Source: an uncultured virus (IMG/VR IMGVR_UViG_3300002488_000005) (Duplodnaviria > Heunggongvirae > Uroviricota > Caudoviricetes). Taken from it: 64,000 nucleotides of DNA. Under the pieces are notes generated by a model. The model saw only the letters and a list, made by a program, of their open reading frames with translations, was not told the DNA's origin and ran no database searches. The translations under genes and the position numbers were made by a program. This document shows positions 29,101-39,400 of the stretch, in pieces. Position 1 is the first letter of the stretch. Each line of letters begins with the position of its first letter. The stretch covers positions 1 through 64,000 of IMG/VR virus record IMGVR_UViG_3300002488_000005, one strand, 5' to 3'.

Positions 29101-32100
29101 CAGCTTTTGTCATGAGAGAAACCCCGGCAGAAGAAACTGTCAGTAGTTCTGTCCCGGCTGTATTTGGTAGGCTACAAAAGGCTTTTATCGATGACACTAT
29201 AGAGTGGAATTTCTTTGAAAGACTTGTCGATACGCCCGGAATTCTAAGTCTGATTTTGGCAGACAAAAAAGGTTTTACACTAAATTATCATAATGCTGTT
29301 AATAAAAGCGCCATTCTAAAGTTTTTCTTACCAGACCCCGGAGAAAACCCAGAAACTGTCTCGATCCAGATGCTTAAGTATTTAGAGTCTAACGATGTAG
29401 AGTTTGATGATAATAAAATTATTTTGAACTACAGTAACGAACTTGACGATGATGATCTTTTTGAAAGTAAAATAATTTGCAGAAATGCGAAGAAAGGCTT
29501 GAATTACGGCGTTTCTTGTCGTTCGCCATTTGGAACTAGAAACTTTTTTGTTAACCAGCATACATTTAGTGAGTTTGACAAGCAGTTTATAGCACCAAAG
29601 GGTAGTGAAGATTTTAGAACGATCACAATGCAAAACGTTTTGAACAATAGGTGGCAAAAGTTCAATAATGAAATAAACTTTTCGCAAGTAAACAAGATGT
29701 TGAAATCGATAGATAGACTAATTTTCACCGGNTTGAAATCCTCAATAATGTATACGCAAGATGGTAAAGTTTCCTCTGGTTTTGTTCATTCCGCACCCTT
29801 GCAGGAGATNACAAAGCAAGATTTAGAATATGTTGGCCCAAATGGAGAAGAGTACGATTATGACGAAGAGCAAGCAATTTTAGGAAGGTCATCTACCAAT
29901 AATAAAAGAGTAGTATTCTTAGATCCCAGTATGTATGGTGGTTCTTATAGAAATCCAAAATATTACATCAAGCCGCAAGAGCAGGAAGGGTGGATGAAAA
30001 TTTCTAGATTTTTCCTGCCGGAAGCAAAAGGGGAAAAAAATCAATTTACTTTTTTGAATGTAAGTGATATAGGAAAGTCTATGGACGACACAAGGAACAA
30101 AATAAAATCTGATCCTCGCCTACAAATAGCACCAGATCAACTCGAAGAAGTGCCTTTTGATAGGGTCATATCCCCTTCGAAGCATGCTGCTATAGAAGGA
30201 ACAGTCACAGCAACCATCAGAACTTTTTTGGCTGACTTTTTCATTAGAAGTATGCCGGTTATAAGTAATGTAGCCATAGGACCAGATAATTATGATGATT
30301 GCATGGCTGAATTTATTGTAGAAGAAATGTGCAAGAGTATGCAATCTCAGGAGCATGCACTGAAGTCAGTCTATACAGGCACAGTTTATTGGCTACTATT
30401 CTTAGAACAAGCAGTTCAGATTTTCAATAGAAAATTTGAGGATTTTTCAAAGATCTATAGTGAAAAGAAAGAGAACATGTCTGAAGAAGAAAAGGCACTA
30501 GGCAGAGAGTTGCGAAAATATTCCAGTAGTTTGTTGCAAATTGCCGCTGCCCAAAAATTATTTAACTATGACGACGGAACAGCGCTTGAGTTGCTCAAGG
30601 ATGATTTTGTTTGGAACCTCTCTAGAAATTTGGATAATGAATCGTTGCGTAAAAAGATAAGCCAATTAGAGTTTAGAATCAGAGAATTGGACAGAATAAA
30701 AGATTTTACTGACAAGATAGACGAAGGCACTGAAACTGTTCTAGATTCATATATATCAGCAGTAGAAAAAGCTGAAAAGTTTGTGACAATTTCATCAGAC
30801 AAGGCTAAGTCTATGAATAAAAAATCTATAAATAAATCTGACAAGATAAAAAAAGAACTAAGGATAGAAATAGAAAAAGCTAAAACGCAAATAGAGACCA
30901 ATAAGATCAAAAAAATATATGGCGATGATATCGTTAGGGGATCCTTGATTATTGGGTTTGGTAAGGATTACTGGAAAAACATGAACATAAATTACCAAGA
31001 ATGGAATCGATCTATGAAAAAGATTCCAAACTATTCAACAGACTCTGACAGTTATGGATTTGTGGGAGATGTAAATTTAGGGTTCAAATTTAGTGACTTG
31101 ACGCTCAAGGAAGCAAACTTTGCTAGTAAAATCTTTACAATTAGTTTAGTTGAAAAAGAATGCAAAGATGTGCTTAAATTTTTGGTCAAAGAACAGATCA
31201 AAAATTACTCTAAAGCACTAACAGACGTTGTCAGTCCTTCAATCACAGACATAGGGAAATTTTTCTTGGGATCTTCTAAATCCAATATAATATCACCAGA
31301 GATTGGAACTACTGTTGAAAAATATAATAATATTGTGAGTTGTAGTGATAACCCGGCAACATCCAATCCACTGGACAATATTACGCTATCTGAAGAACAA
31401 ATTCAACAAATAAAAGATAACGGTAATTTCTATTTTGAAAAGTATATAAAAATTACAGAAAAGGGCAAAGGTTCAACCAGAATAATCAGCCCTAAAGCAT
31501 TCAAAAACATTTTGAGAAGCAAGAAGAATGTCGCCGGCAAATATTTATCTGACTTCTTTGGCAATTCGATAATAAATGAAAAAGAGCAGAAAATGATAGG
31601 GTCTGTTGGAGTTAAGTTTGGACTAAGGCTGTGTTATATACCCGGTGAAACTTTTTCTAAAGTGGAAAAAACCACAGACAATCTAGAGATCGCAAAAAAT
31701 CTCAAATCTTTCATTTTCAAGCCTTCTCATGCTGGGCTAGGAGAAAATATTTTTCCCATGTGTTCATACGAGCAGGACCTTATGGACGAACTAATTTCCT
31801 TTTATATAAACTTACCAGATGACAATTGCAATCAAGATTTGAAATGTTACGTAGATAACCTAATGAGATCACCAGATTACGATCTCATCTTCAACAAAAT
31901 TTTCAACATAAAAAGAATACCGTCAGTTCTGTCTGTTTATTCTTATATGAATTTTTTAAGTGCTCTAGGTGTCGATAAAAATGAAAGAGAGGATTCGGAC
32001 GATTCAGAAATAAATAAAAACAATGTAGGAAAGATTTTCAATGATTGTAAAAAAGAACTAAAAACTCTTTTTCTTTCTTCTTATATCAGAAAGGGGTATG

Positions 32101-32303
32101 GGCTTGACGATAAAAATCCAGATAGCCAGATAGAATATAGCAAGGATAGGGTCATGAAGGAAACAATCGATGCTAATACTTTAGCTGATAACATTCCTTG
32201 GTTCTATAAATTGAGAGAATCTATGACAAATCCATTTATTGATGCACTTGGGGTTGTTGCAAGAAACAAGTTTTATAAGTTATTTACATTTTTGATTGAA
32301 TAG
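26184..32303 (+). CDS. very large hypothetical protein, probably virion structural
   Basis: 2039-aa ORF inside the baseplate module. Confidence 0.7.
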   Translation: MTSKFKKFQRDECQEEVKEPVDMSKFCPTCVPDKNYKEPRWWTTEKPYLNAKKCEYYTMVSINKDGEMFTHSSIKESGKSFSDVLDSYKKVGIQFLLNFYNKVPTNEINGRPIEDYATAADYHFYSFADSTMVVLVTIPANVFDSIPEQPVIETEEDLMTETMTVKTKYLILVLKKLKATLSVFSKFQAMYYQLEGGMVAYEQTGEPFYLEFYPNRIDMFLDELEKIIELNNYSYGIISDPLNEAYELKFTFEVSQALGTYKIKKIQARKNFGRKFKTLKKGLSAFTKAPPMKDATLVGYIANVKNIGLRIDAKKTPAWTDFVETFTFPKVIATTKDNFIKKTGIKCVDDQISKVIGGLDDFLFNQVVKFSDALEYQLNKANKTGIATINLGPDSIVDSKTQRKIENEFRLSIPEISLNVEKEKKTYRIKKPFCLADMLKNNKQISEEFLKSVISSLNPCKFIELSKTAITCIMSNLDFETSNRAIMKTWFSNATAQGLEGLLMGLPEPVRLQISQEIALELGEEANLVPTEEPDDREGQVSIAKFLIDSGTTITDAYGDALTASAITGISSRSNLSESQIMKVYEKVIMKVASIQDLMKSIENLPGMDLLMSMTGIGGSDFPVTHYITPPIDSFLNSLSFDICGKWPSGLRMPKIDFKFTSWSWPKALGIMFIKFLRLKIKDLIINLIGFVAGKIKIELPTIHSLDCNNVKDFAKAASDLLTDRKDLKDILSEVVCGEIDQDRDKQELCNNLLGQTGLTTDNAMATLASTNYDSLNNPIATMDSPSNQLSDKETVARAQQPFIKLTKAISVSSTKNEMIRAITLPPEEQDYNFFKNLSLTIPIVVPEFASSFDTVEKVAEFFIKLSNTLTFDQRQALRDSVDPTEEDQPLESSICLTSEQVEQWNAERQRAFEESGLNPDVAKDFVDKQNERIATDLEEMLDLISRSPEDLFKDAIDRALDIEGDGCENPQAAFVMRETPAEETVSSSVPAVFGRLQKAFIDDTIEWNFFERLVDTPGILSLILADKKGFTLNYHNAVNKSAILKFFLPDPGENPETVSIQMLKYLESNDVEFDDNKIILNYSNELDDDDLFESKIICRNAKKGLNYGVSCRSPFGTRNFFVNQHTFSEFDKQFIAPKGSEDFRTITMQNVLNNRWQKFNNEINFSQVNKMLKSIDRLIFTXLKSSIMYTQDGKVSSGFVHSAPLQEXTKQDLEYVGPNGEEYDYDEEQAILGRSSTNNKRVVFLDPSMYGGSYRNPKYYIKPQEQEGWMKISRFFLPEAKGEKNQFTFLNVSDIGKSMDDTRNKIKSDPRLQIAPDQLEEVPFDRVISPSKHAAIEGTVTATIRTFLADFFIRSMPVISNVAIGPDNYDDCMAEFIVEEMCKSMQSQEHALKSVYTGTVYWLLFLEQAVQIFNRKFEDFSKIYSEKKENMSEEEKALGRELRKYSSSLLQIAAAQKLFNYDDGTALELLKDDFVWNLSRNLDNESLRKKISQLEFRIRELDRIKDFTDKIDEGTETVLDSYISAVEKAEKFVTISSDKAKSMNKKSINKSDKIKKELRIEIEKAKTQIETNKIKKIYGDDIVRGSLIIGFGKDYWKNMNINYQEWNRSMKKIPNYSTDSDSYGFVGDVNLGFKFSDLTLKEANFASKIFTISLVEKECKDVLKFLVKEQIKNYSKALTDVVSPSITDIGKFFLGSSKSNIISPEIGTTVEKYNNIVSCSDNPATSNPLDNITLSEEQIQQIKDNGNFYFEKYIKITEKGKGSTRIISPKAFKNILRSKKNVAGKYLSDFFGNSIINEKEQKMIGSVGVKFGLRLCYIPGETFSKVEKTTDNLEIAKNLKSFIFKPSHAGLGENIFPMCSYEQDLMDELISFYINLPDDNCNQDLKCYVDNLMRSPDYDLIFNKIFNIKRIPSVLSVYSYMNFLSALGVDKNEREDSDDSEINKNNVGKIFNDCKKELKTLFLSSYIRKGYGLDDKNPDSQIEYSKDRVMKETIDANTLADNIPWFYKLRESMTNPFIDALGVVARNKFYKLFTFLIE

Positions 32304-32313
32304 GAGACCATCA

Positions 32314-32706
32314 ATGTCAAAAAAAGATTTTTACACTATTAAGTTCCCACTAGAAATTGGGATGGAGGACATAGGTTATCAACAAATTAGTGATTTCAAA
32401 GAATTGGTTGAGTATAACATGAAAAGTACATTGTTGACTTGTCCCGGAGAAATAATCAGCGACCCACAATTTGGCGTTTGTATAAGAAAAGTTCTGTTTG
32501 AAAACCCAAACACTATCTCCAACGCAATGATTTCAGAAGTAATAACAAACCAGATTAGCAAATATATTCCATATATCTCATTACGGGGAGTAAGAATTCT
32601 AAATGAGTACAATGGCCTTTCTATGAGAATTCAAATAAGGTATTCAATTTCAAGCAGCGAAGCAGTAGAAACCTTTGAGTTTTCCGTAGAGTTACCAGAA
32701 ATTTGA
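32314..32706 (+). CDS. baseplate wedge subunit, gp25/GpW-like
   Basis: NMKSTLLTCPGE..SDPQFGV...LFE, ISKYIPYI. Confidence 0.85.
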   Translation: MSKKDFYTIKFPLEIGMEDIGYQQISDFKELVEYNMKSTLLTCPGEIISDPQFGVCIRKVLFENPNTISNAMISEVITNQISKYIPYISLRGVRILNEYNGLSMRIQIRYSISSSEAVETFEFSVELPEI

Positions 32707-32715
32707 ATCTAGAAT

Positions 32716-32722
32716 CTATTTA
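32716..32722 (+). promoter_or_regulatory. putative late promoter motif CTATTTA
   Basis: intergenic, before the gp6-like gene. Confidence 0.55.
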
Positions 32723-32745
32723 TTTTCGATGTTGGAGAACAAGAG

Positions 32746-34545
32746 ATGCCAAATAAAAAAAATGTTAACATAAAATACACCAGTAGAGATTTCGATTCTA
32801 TAAAAGAAGATTTGATTGATCATGCAAAAAGATATTACCCAGACAATTATAAAGACTTTACGACTCCTTCGTTTGGCACAATGATTCTGGACTCCATAGC
32901 ATATGTTGGCGACATCTTATCTTATTATGTCGATTATGGTGTAAACGAGTCTTTTTTAGATACTTCTATTGAATTTGATAATATAAGAAAACATGCTAGA
33001 TCGTTAGGTTACAATTTCCACGGAACACCTTCTTCATTTGGCATTGTATCTCTATTTGTTCTATGCCCAGCCAATACAGACGGAACAGCCCCTGATACAT
33101 CTTATTTGCCAATAATAAAAAAGGGAGCGGCGTTCACCAGCGTAAACGGTGGAAATTACCTATTAACAGAAGATGTAGACATGAGCAGTCCGAAAAACAA
33201 ATTTGTCGCAGCTAGATTCAACAACAGCACAGGTGCCACCACGCACTTCGCAGTAAAGGCCTTGGGGCAAGTGCAATCCGGCATCTTTGAAGTTGTCAAT
33301 ATCGATTTGGTCGATTCTGCATTTGAAAGATTTCGAAAAATCAGAATAGGTGACAACAAAATAACAGAAGTATTTGCAGTGGTTGATTCAAGCGGCAACA
33401 AATATTATGAAGTTGATAATTTATCACAAGAAGTTGTCTTTTTAGAGACAACGAACAAAGATGCCTTTACAGATGGTGTCAGATCAGTTCTAAAGCCCTT
33501 TGTGGCAACTAGAAGATTCACGGTCGAACAAGACGATACAGGAACGTATTTGCAGTTTGGCTACGGGTCAGAAGATGAAGATGATTCTGGTCTTGTAGAT
33601 CCTTCAAAAGTTGCCTTAAAGATGCATGGCAAAAAGCAAATTTCCAACAGTTCGTTTGATCCTGCTAAATTACTATCTACGAATAAGTTTGGTGTTTCAC
33701 CATACAACACTACATTAAAAGTGGTTTACAGGGTCAATAATCCAAACTCGGTCAATGCCCCGTCATTGTCTATAAATCAAGTTTCATATGCTAATTTTAT
33801 TTTCAATAATGAATCTAGTCTGGTAGCCAATAACGTGACTTTTGTGAAAAATTCATTAGAGGTTTCAAATGAGGATCCGCTAACTGGCTTCAACCACGAC
33901 TTGACCAACGAGGAACTAAAAGTAAGAGCAAAATCGTATTATGCCTCACAGAACAGAGCAGTGACTAAGCAAGACTACGAATCTTTGATTTATCAAATGC
34001 CTCCAAAGTTTGGTTCAATAAAGAGAGCAAACATAGTCAACGACCCCTCTTCGACAAATAGAAAAATCTCAGTTTACATAGTTTCTGAGGATAATGACGG
34101 CAAACTAGCAGCAACTGGTGGCGTAGTAAAAAATAACATCAAAAATTGGCTTCAAAAGTATATTCCTATAAATGATTCTGTTGAAATAAAAGATGCTATA
34201 ATTATAAACTATAGTGTAGATTTTGTAGTTCAATATGATAGAAATTACGAACCCGACGAGGTTCTTCTAGCTTGCGTTGATAGGGTAGAAAATTTTGTTA
34301 ATGACTCTTTGTACATTGGCGAACCAATTTATATAACAAAGTTTTATGATATTTTGAATAAAGTTACTGGGGTTGTTGATGTCAAAAAAGTTATGATCAA
34401 AAACAAAACAGGTTCAAATTATAGCAGCGTCTCTCTAGACTTTAACAAAATTGCTTCAAAAGATGGCACTTTTTATAAAGTGCCAAAAAATGTAATTTTA
34501 GAAATGAAATACCCCAAATTTGATATCAAAGGAACAGTAAAATAA
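32746..34545 (+). CDS. baseplate wedge protein, T4 gp6/baseplate J-like
   Basis: YTSRDFDSIKEDL, AYVGDILSYY, ESFLDTS, LQFG, SQNRAVTKQDY. Confidence 0.9.
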   Translation: MPNKKNVNIKYTSRDFDSIKEDLIDHAKRYYPDNYKDFTTPSFGTMILDSIAYVGDILSYYVDYGVNESFLDTSIEFDNIRKHARSLGYNFHGTPSSFGIVSLFVLCPANTDGTAPDTSYLPIIKKGAAFTSVNGGNYLLTEDVDMSSPKNKFVAARFNNSTGATTHFAVKALGQVQSGIFEVVNIDLVDSAFERFRKIRIGDNKITEVFAVVDSSGNKYYEVDNLSQEVVFLETTNKDAFTDGVRSVLKPFVATRRFTVEQDDTGTYLQFGYGSEDEDDSGLVDPSKVALKMHGKKQISNSSFDPAKLLSTNKFGVSPYNTTLKVVYRVNNPNSVNAPSLSINQVSYANFIFNNESSLVANNVTFVKNSLEVSNEDPLTGFNHDLTNEELKVRAKSYYASQNRAVTKQDYESLIYQMPPKFGSIKRANIVNDPSSTNRKISVYIVSEDNDGKLAATGGVVKNNIKNWLQKYIPINDSVEIKDAIIINYSVDFVVQYDRNYEPDEVLLACVDRVENFVNDSLYIGEPIYITKFYDILNKVTGVVDVKKVMIKNKTGSNYSSVSLDFNKIASKDGTFYKVPKNVILEMKYPKFDIKGTVK

Positions 34546-36428
34546 TGGCTATAAAAAGATATACAGCAAATGCAGACAACACAATAACAAATGCTTACAA
34601 AGAAGATTTCAACAATAGAGGAACTGGCTCTAACATGGGCTTTTCTGACATCTTGGAAACTTTTTCGCTTTATGCACATAGAGATTCTTCATCCGCTGAG
34701 TTGTCAAGAATTATGGTACAATTTCCTGTTAGCGATATTAGCTCAGACAGAACATCTGGAAAAATTCCTGCTTCTGGTAGTGTATCGTTCTATCTTAGGA
34801 TGTTCAATGCGGAGCACACAAGAACTCTTCCTGTTGATTATAAACTTACGATCAATGCTATTTCCGCCGAGTGGGAAGAGGGCTATGGGCTTGATATGGC
34901 AAACTATTCTGACTTAACATATGACAAGGTTGGGTCTAACTGGATAAACGCCAACGGAACATCCGCCACCGCCACCGCAACTGTAACTGTTGCCAATGAT
35001 GGATTTATTGAGGCTGGTGACACAATCACTTTGATTGCAACTGATGGAACAGTAGTTGTGGCCACTGCACACGCTACTACTACAACTAGCACTGCTGCAA
35101 CGACTGCGGTGCAATTTGCCCGAAATGGCGGGAGTAATTCCGCTGTTGCCACAGCAATTGCAACAGCTATAAATCATAGTTCATATTTTTCCGCCGCAGC
35201 AGAAGGGGCGGTAGTTACAATAACCCAAGCTGTCGCAGGCCATGGTGGAAACACAGCAGTTACATGCGTCGACGGTGGCGGTGCTGGTCCTTGGTTTACT
35301 AAAACAAACTTTACCGGAGGCAGCGGCAAATGGTCCACAGCAGGAGGTGACTTCTACACAGATGCTAGTTCATCTTTTGAGCAGCGTTTTGAAATTGGGA
35401 CTGAAGACTTAGAAGTTGATGTTACGACATTAGTCGAGCAGTGGGTCAACAGTGGCGGCAATGTTCTGGGTTCAAAAAACAATTACGGAGTTATGGTAAA
35501 GTTGTCTGGTGCCTATGAGGCATCTAGCTCAACTAATTCAATTGGTGCACGAAAATCTTATTATACAAAAAAGTTTTTCGCAAGATCATCAGAATTTTTC
35601 TTTGACAGACCGATATTAGAAGCCAGATGGGACTCCACTAGAAGGGATAACCGAGGAAATTTTTTACTTAGCAGTTCGGCCCTACCAGCAGCAGATAATC
35701 TCAATACGTTGTACATGTATAATTACGTTAGGGGAAAACTAAGAGATATAAGAGGATTGAGCACGCAAGTACCAGTCATGAGGCTTTTTTACTCTTCCGG
35801 TTCAGTACCAGAAGGAACAGCACAATACTTCAGAAACTCAAGCAATGCAATAGTCAGTTACCTTAGTGCCTCTAGGGTATCAACAGGAGTTTACAAAGTT
35901 ATTTTTTCTGCTACTAGTAGCGTTACAACGTCAACTTATCCCAATCTGGTTGATGTTTGGTCGTATAGTGGATCAGAAATACATACCGGGTCGGCTATTT
36001 CTCCAAAGACATATTATATGACAGGCAAAAATCCTGACAGCAAATATGTCATTACAATGCCAAACCTGAAAAAGCAATACATGAACCAGCAAACAGAAAG
36101 ATTTAGACTTTATGTTAGAAATAAAAACTGGTCGCCGAACATTTATACTAAAGCCGTGTCAACACCAGAAAGAATCATGGTTGACACGGCCTCGTATCAG
36201 ATCACAAGAATGAGTGATAACAGGGTTGTTATTCCTTATGGTACATCTTCAACAAACCACACCGTAATGTCTTATGACGTGTCTGGTAATTATTTTGATT
36301 TAGATTTATCTATGCTAGAGTCCGGATACACATATAGAATCAATTATTCATTTTATGAAGATGGAATTGGATCTTATGTGGAGCAACCCTATTCTTTCAA
36401 AATCAGAGTAGTAAAGAATGAGTATTAG
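34545..36428 (+). CDS. virion structural (baseplate/tail) protein with Ala/Thr-rich insert
   Basis: 627 aa, coupled to the gp6-like gene; W-x-E-G-x-G and GGDF motifs. Confidence 0.7.
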   Translation: MAIKRYTANADNTITNAYKEDFNNRGTGSNMGFSDILETFSLYAHRDSSSAELSRIMVQFPVSDISSDRTSGKIPASGSVSFYLRMFNAEHTRTLPVDYKLTINAISAEWEEGYGLDMANYSDLTYDKVGSNWINANGTSATATATVTVANDGFIEAGDTITLIATDGTVVVATAHATTTTSTAATTAVQFARNGGSNSAVATAIATAINHSSYFSAAAEGAVVTITQAVAGHGGNTAVTCVDGGGAGPWFTKTNFTGGSGKWSTAGGDFYTDASSSFEQRFEIGTEDLEVDVTTLVEQWVNSGGNVLGSKNNYGVMVKLSGAYEASSSTNSIGARKSYYTKKFFARSSEFFFDRPILEARWDSTRRDNRGNFLLSSSALPAADNLNTLYMYNYVRGKLRDIRGLSTQVPVMRLFYSSGSVPEGTAQYFRNSSNAIVSYLSASRVSTGVYKVIFSATSSVTTSTYPNLVDVWSYSGSEIHTGSAISPKTYYMTGKNPDSKYVITMPNLKKQYMNQQTERFRLYVRNKNWSPNIYTKAVSTPERIMVDTASYQITRMSDNRVVIPYGTSSTNHTVMSYDVSGNYFDLDLSMLESGYTYRINYSFYEDGIGSYVEQPYSFKIRVVKNEY

Positions 36429-39400
36429 AGATTTATTTAATAAAAAAAGCGTTTCTATTGAAAACGTAGCCACAGGCAGTTCCGACATTGAATCTAAAGA
36501 TTTTGTTTTAACAACAATGAAGAAAAACGAAACCTTTATTCCGAATGTTGATTTTGCGTCAGCATCAAATTTTGCACGCTTCGGGTCAGCCTACGAGTAT
36601 TATACAACTTCAATTAGAAGAGTGTATGATGAATATCCATATGACGGATCTGATAAGGAAAAAGCATTATTTGAATTAAGCTCTTCCTTCTTAGATAAGT
36701 ACATTTTTGACAATCTATATCCAAAGTCGAATGGTTTTGTGACTTTTTCATATGCTACTTTTATGGCATCAGCGTCTCCGGACGCCAATGGGTATGGAAC
36801 ACCCTCAGTCTCTGAAAGAGAGCAAATTTTTATCAGAGGGGGCCTACACACAGCATCTTCTGGTATGGAAGGAAAACCTTTAGTTAAAACGTTTTCTAAT
36901 TCTATAGTCTATGATTCTGATAAAAACAGGACCACAACATTCAAATTGAATCCTAGTTCGGGATTTACTGTTGAGTTCTGGCTGAAAAAGCCAGCATTCA
37001 ATACCTCTAAAACAGAAAGAGAGGTAATTTTTGATTCTTGGAATAACAAGACTGGTAATGACAACGGGCGCTTTAGAATTGTACTGGATGGATCTTCTGC
37101 CGCTGACACTTTTAAATTTGTATTCCGATCCGGATCGCTAGCATCAGGTAAAGGAGTTTATGAAACAACGGTAAGCGATTCAACTGTGACTAACGCATCT
37201 CTTACAACTTGGAAGCATTATGCTTTATCTGTTATATCTGGTTCTGGCGGACTCATAACTAGATTTTATGTAAACGGACTTTTGAATAAAAAAACGACAC
37301 ACAACGCTAATGGAGTGATGTTAGATATAGGCGGACTGATCAACGGCTCTATTGGGTCTCTAGTCGCAGCGACAACTCATCTTAGCCCTTCAAACCAGTA
37401 TGGAGGAAAGCTAAGCGGAAGTCTTGATGATTTCAGATTCTGGAAAACCAGAAGAACATCTGAGCAAATTTATAACAACTATTATACTCACGTTGGCGGC
37501 GGAACAAATACTGACGATGCTAATACATCTTTGGGATTATATTACAAATTCAACGAAGGTATAGTTGGCAATTCTTCATATGATTCGGTTGTTTTAGATT
37601 ATTCTGGTAGGATTGCGAATGGTACGTGGACTGGGTATACTTCTGGCGCTAGAAACGCAGGATCAGCGTTTGTTTTGTCCAGCACTGTCACTTCTGAGCC
37701 TAAAGACCCAATTATAAGAAGCGCACATCCTGAAGTTACTACTCTTCTGACAAACTTACAGACAAGTGGTAGCGCATGGGATGACAAAAATACATCTTTG
37801 CTTTACAATAGGGTGCCTAGCTGGATCAGAGAAGAGGATGAATCTAATAATAAAAATGTTAAATACTTGTTTCAAATTATGGGTAGCTATTTCGATACTT
37901 TGTTTTTGCAAATAAACGAAATCCCAAAACTGAAAGAAAAAAGATTCTATCCTGACACCAACAAACCTTTGCCCTTTACAGAAAGACTACTAAAAGAACG
38001 TGGACTCATAACCACTAAAATTTTATCTAACAATACATTGTTTGAATATTACAATGGCAGAGACAAAAACAAAATTGTTTATGAAAAAGAGATCAACGTA
38101 TTAAAGAATTTGATTTATAACAACATCTATAACAATTTAGATTATATTATGAAAGCTAAAGGGACCGAGTCATCAATCAGAAACATGATGAGGTGCTTTG
38201 GTTTTGATGATGAGATTGTCAAGCTAAACATTTACACAGACAACGGAACTCACTACTTTACAGATAAATCTAGACAAACAACGATTAATAAAAATTACGT
38301 AAACTTCAATACTACAAACACATTCAACTCAACAATTTTTCAAACTTCTTCAACTAATAATACAAACTCTTTTGTCACAGGGTCGAAAGCTGCACTAGAT
38401 GAGCTTTATTCTGCAATGACCGTTGAGGCAAACATAATTGTCCCAGACAAAATAGAAGTACATGAGGACGGATATTTTGGAACTAACTTTTTATCTTCTT
38501 CTATTTTTGGATTACACGAAGCAGGTACAAATGTTGGAGTCTATACGTGGCCATCTTCAGAAATTGCAAATTTTCAAGTTTATCTTTTGAGAGACAGTTT
38601 GGAATCTAAGAATGCTAAATTTGTGTTAACAAATAGATCAAATAGTTTCTTCTTAACATCTAGTCTAATAAGAGATGTATATGAAAATCAAACTTGGAAC
38701 ATCGCCGTAAGAGTGAAACCGCAAAAGTATCCTTTTATTGGCAATGTGGTAAGCACCTCAAATCCGTTATATACTATAGACTTTTACGGTGTAAACCACT
38801 CTTTCAGTGTTGTTGAGAATGAATTTCATGTATCAGAGAGTCTTTCCTATGCCAGTGGTTCCGCTTTCTTAACAAGACCTAAAAGACTTTATATAGGTGC
38901 CCATCGCACAAACTTCACAGGAGCGGTTGCCCAACAGTCAGACCTCAAAATTGGATCGATTGCGTTTTATAATGACTATGTTAGCAACGATGACATCAAG
39001 CAACACAATTTAGATCCTATGAATTATGGTGTAGAAAAATCTATTTCATCTACATCAATGTTTGCCAATGGGGCTACTAATTCTTATAATTCTAAATTTG
39101 ATTCAAACGTGTTGATTTGGAACTTCCAAACGGTCACAGGCTCAGACTCAAGTGGGTTATTTACTGTTGATGATTACTCAAGCGGATCAGCGGCAATTTC
39201 ATCAACATTTCCGGATTATTTGACAAAAGCATATCACAAGGGTAAAGGTTTTTCCTTCCCAACTTCTAACAGTTCGTTTATCAAGAGCGAACTTGTTTAT
39301 GCTAGCAAAAAAGAACTACCAGAAATGGCATATAATTCAGACAGTGTTACTATTGAGACTGATGAAAAGAAGTTTTTTATTAAGGACGATGATGTAAGTG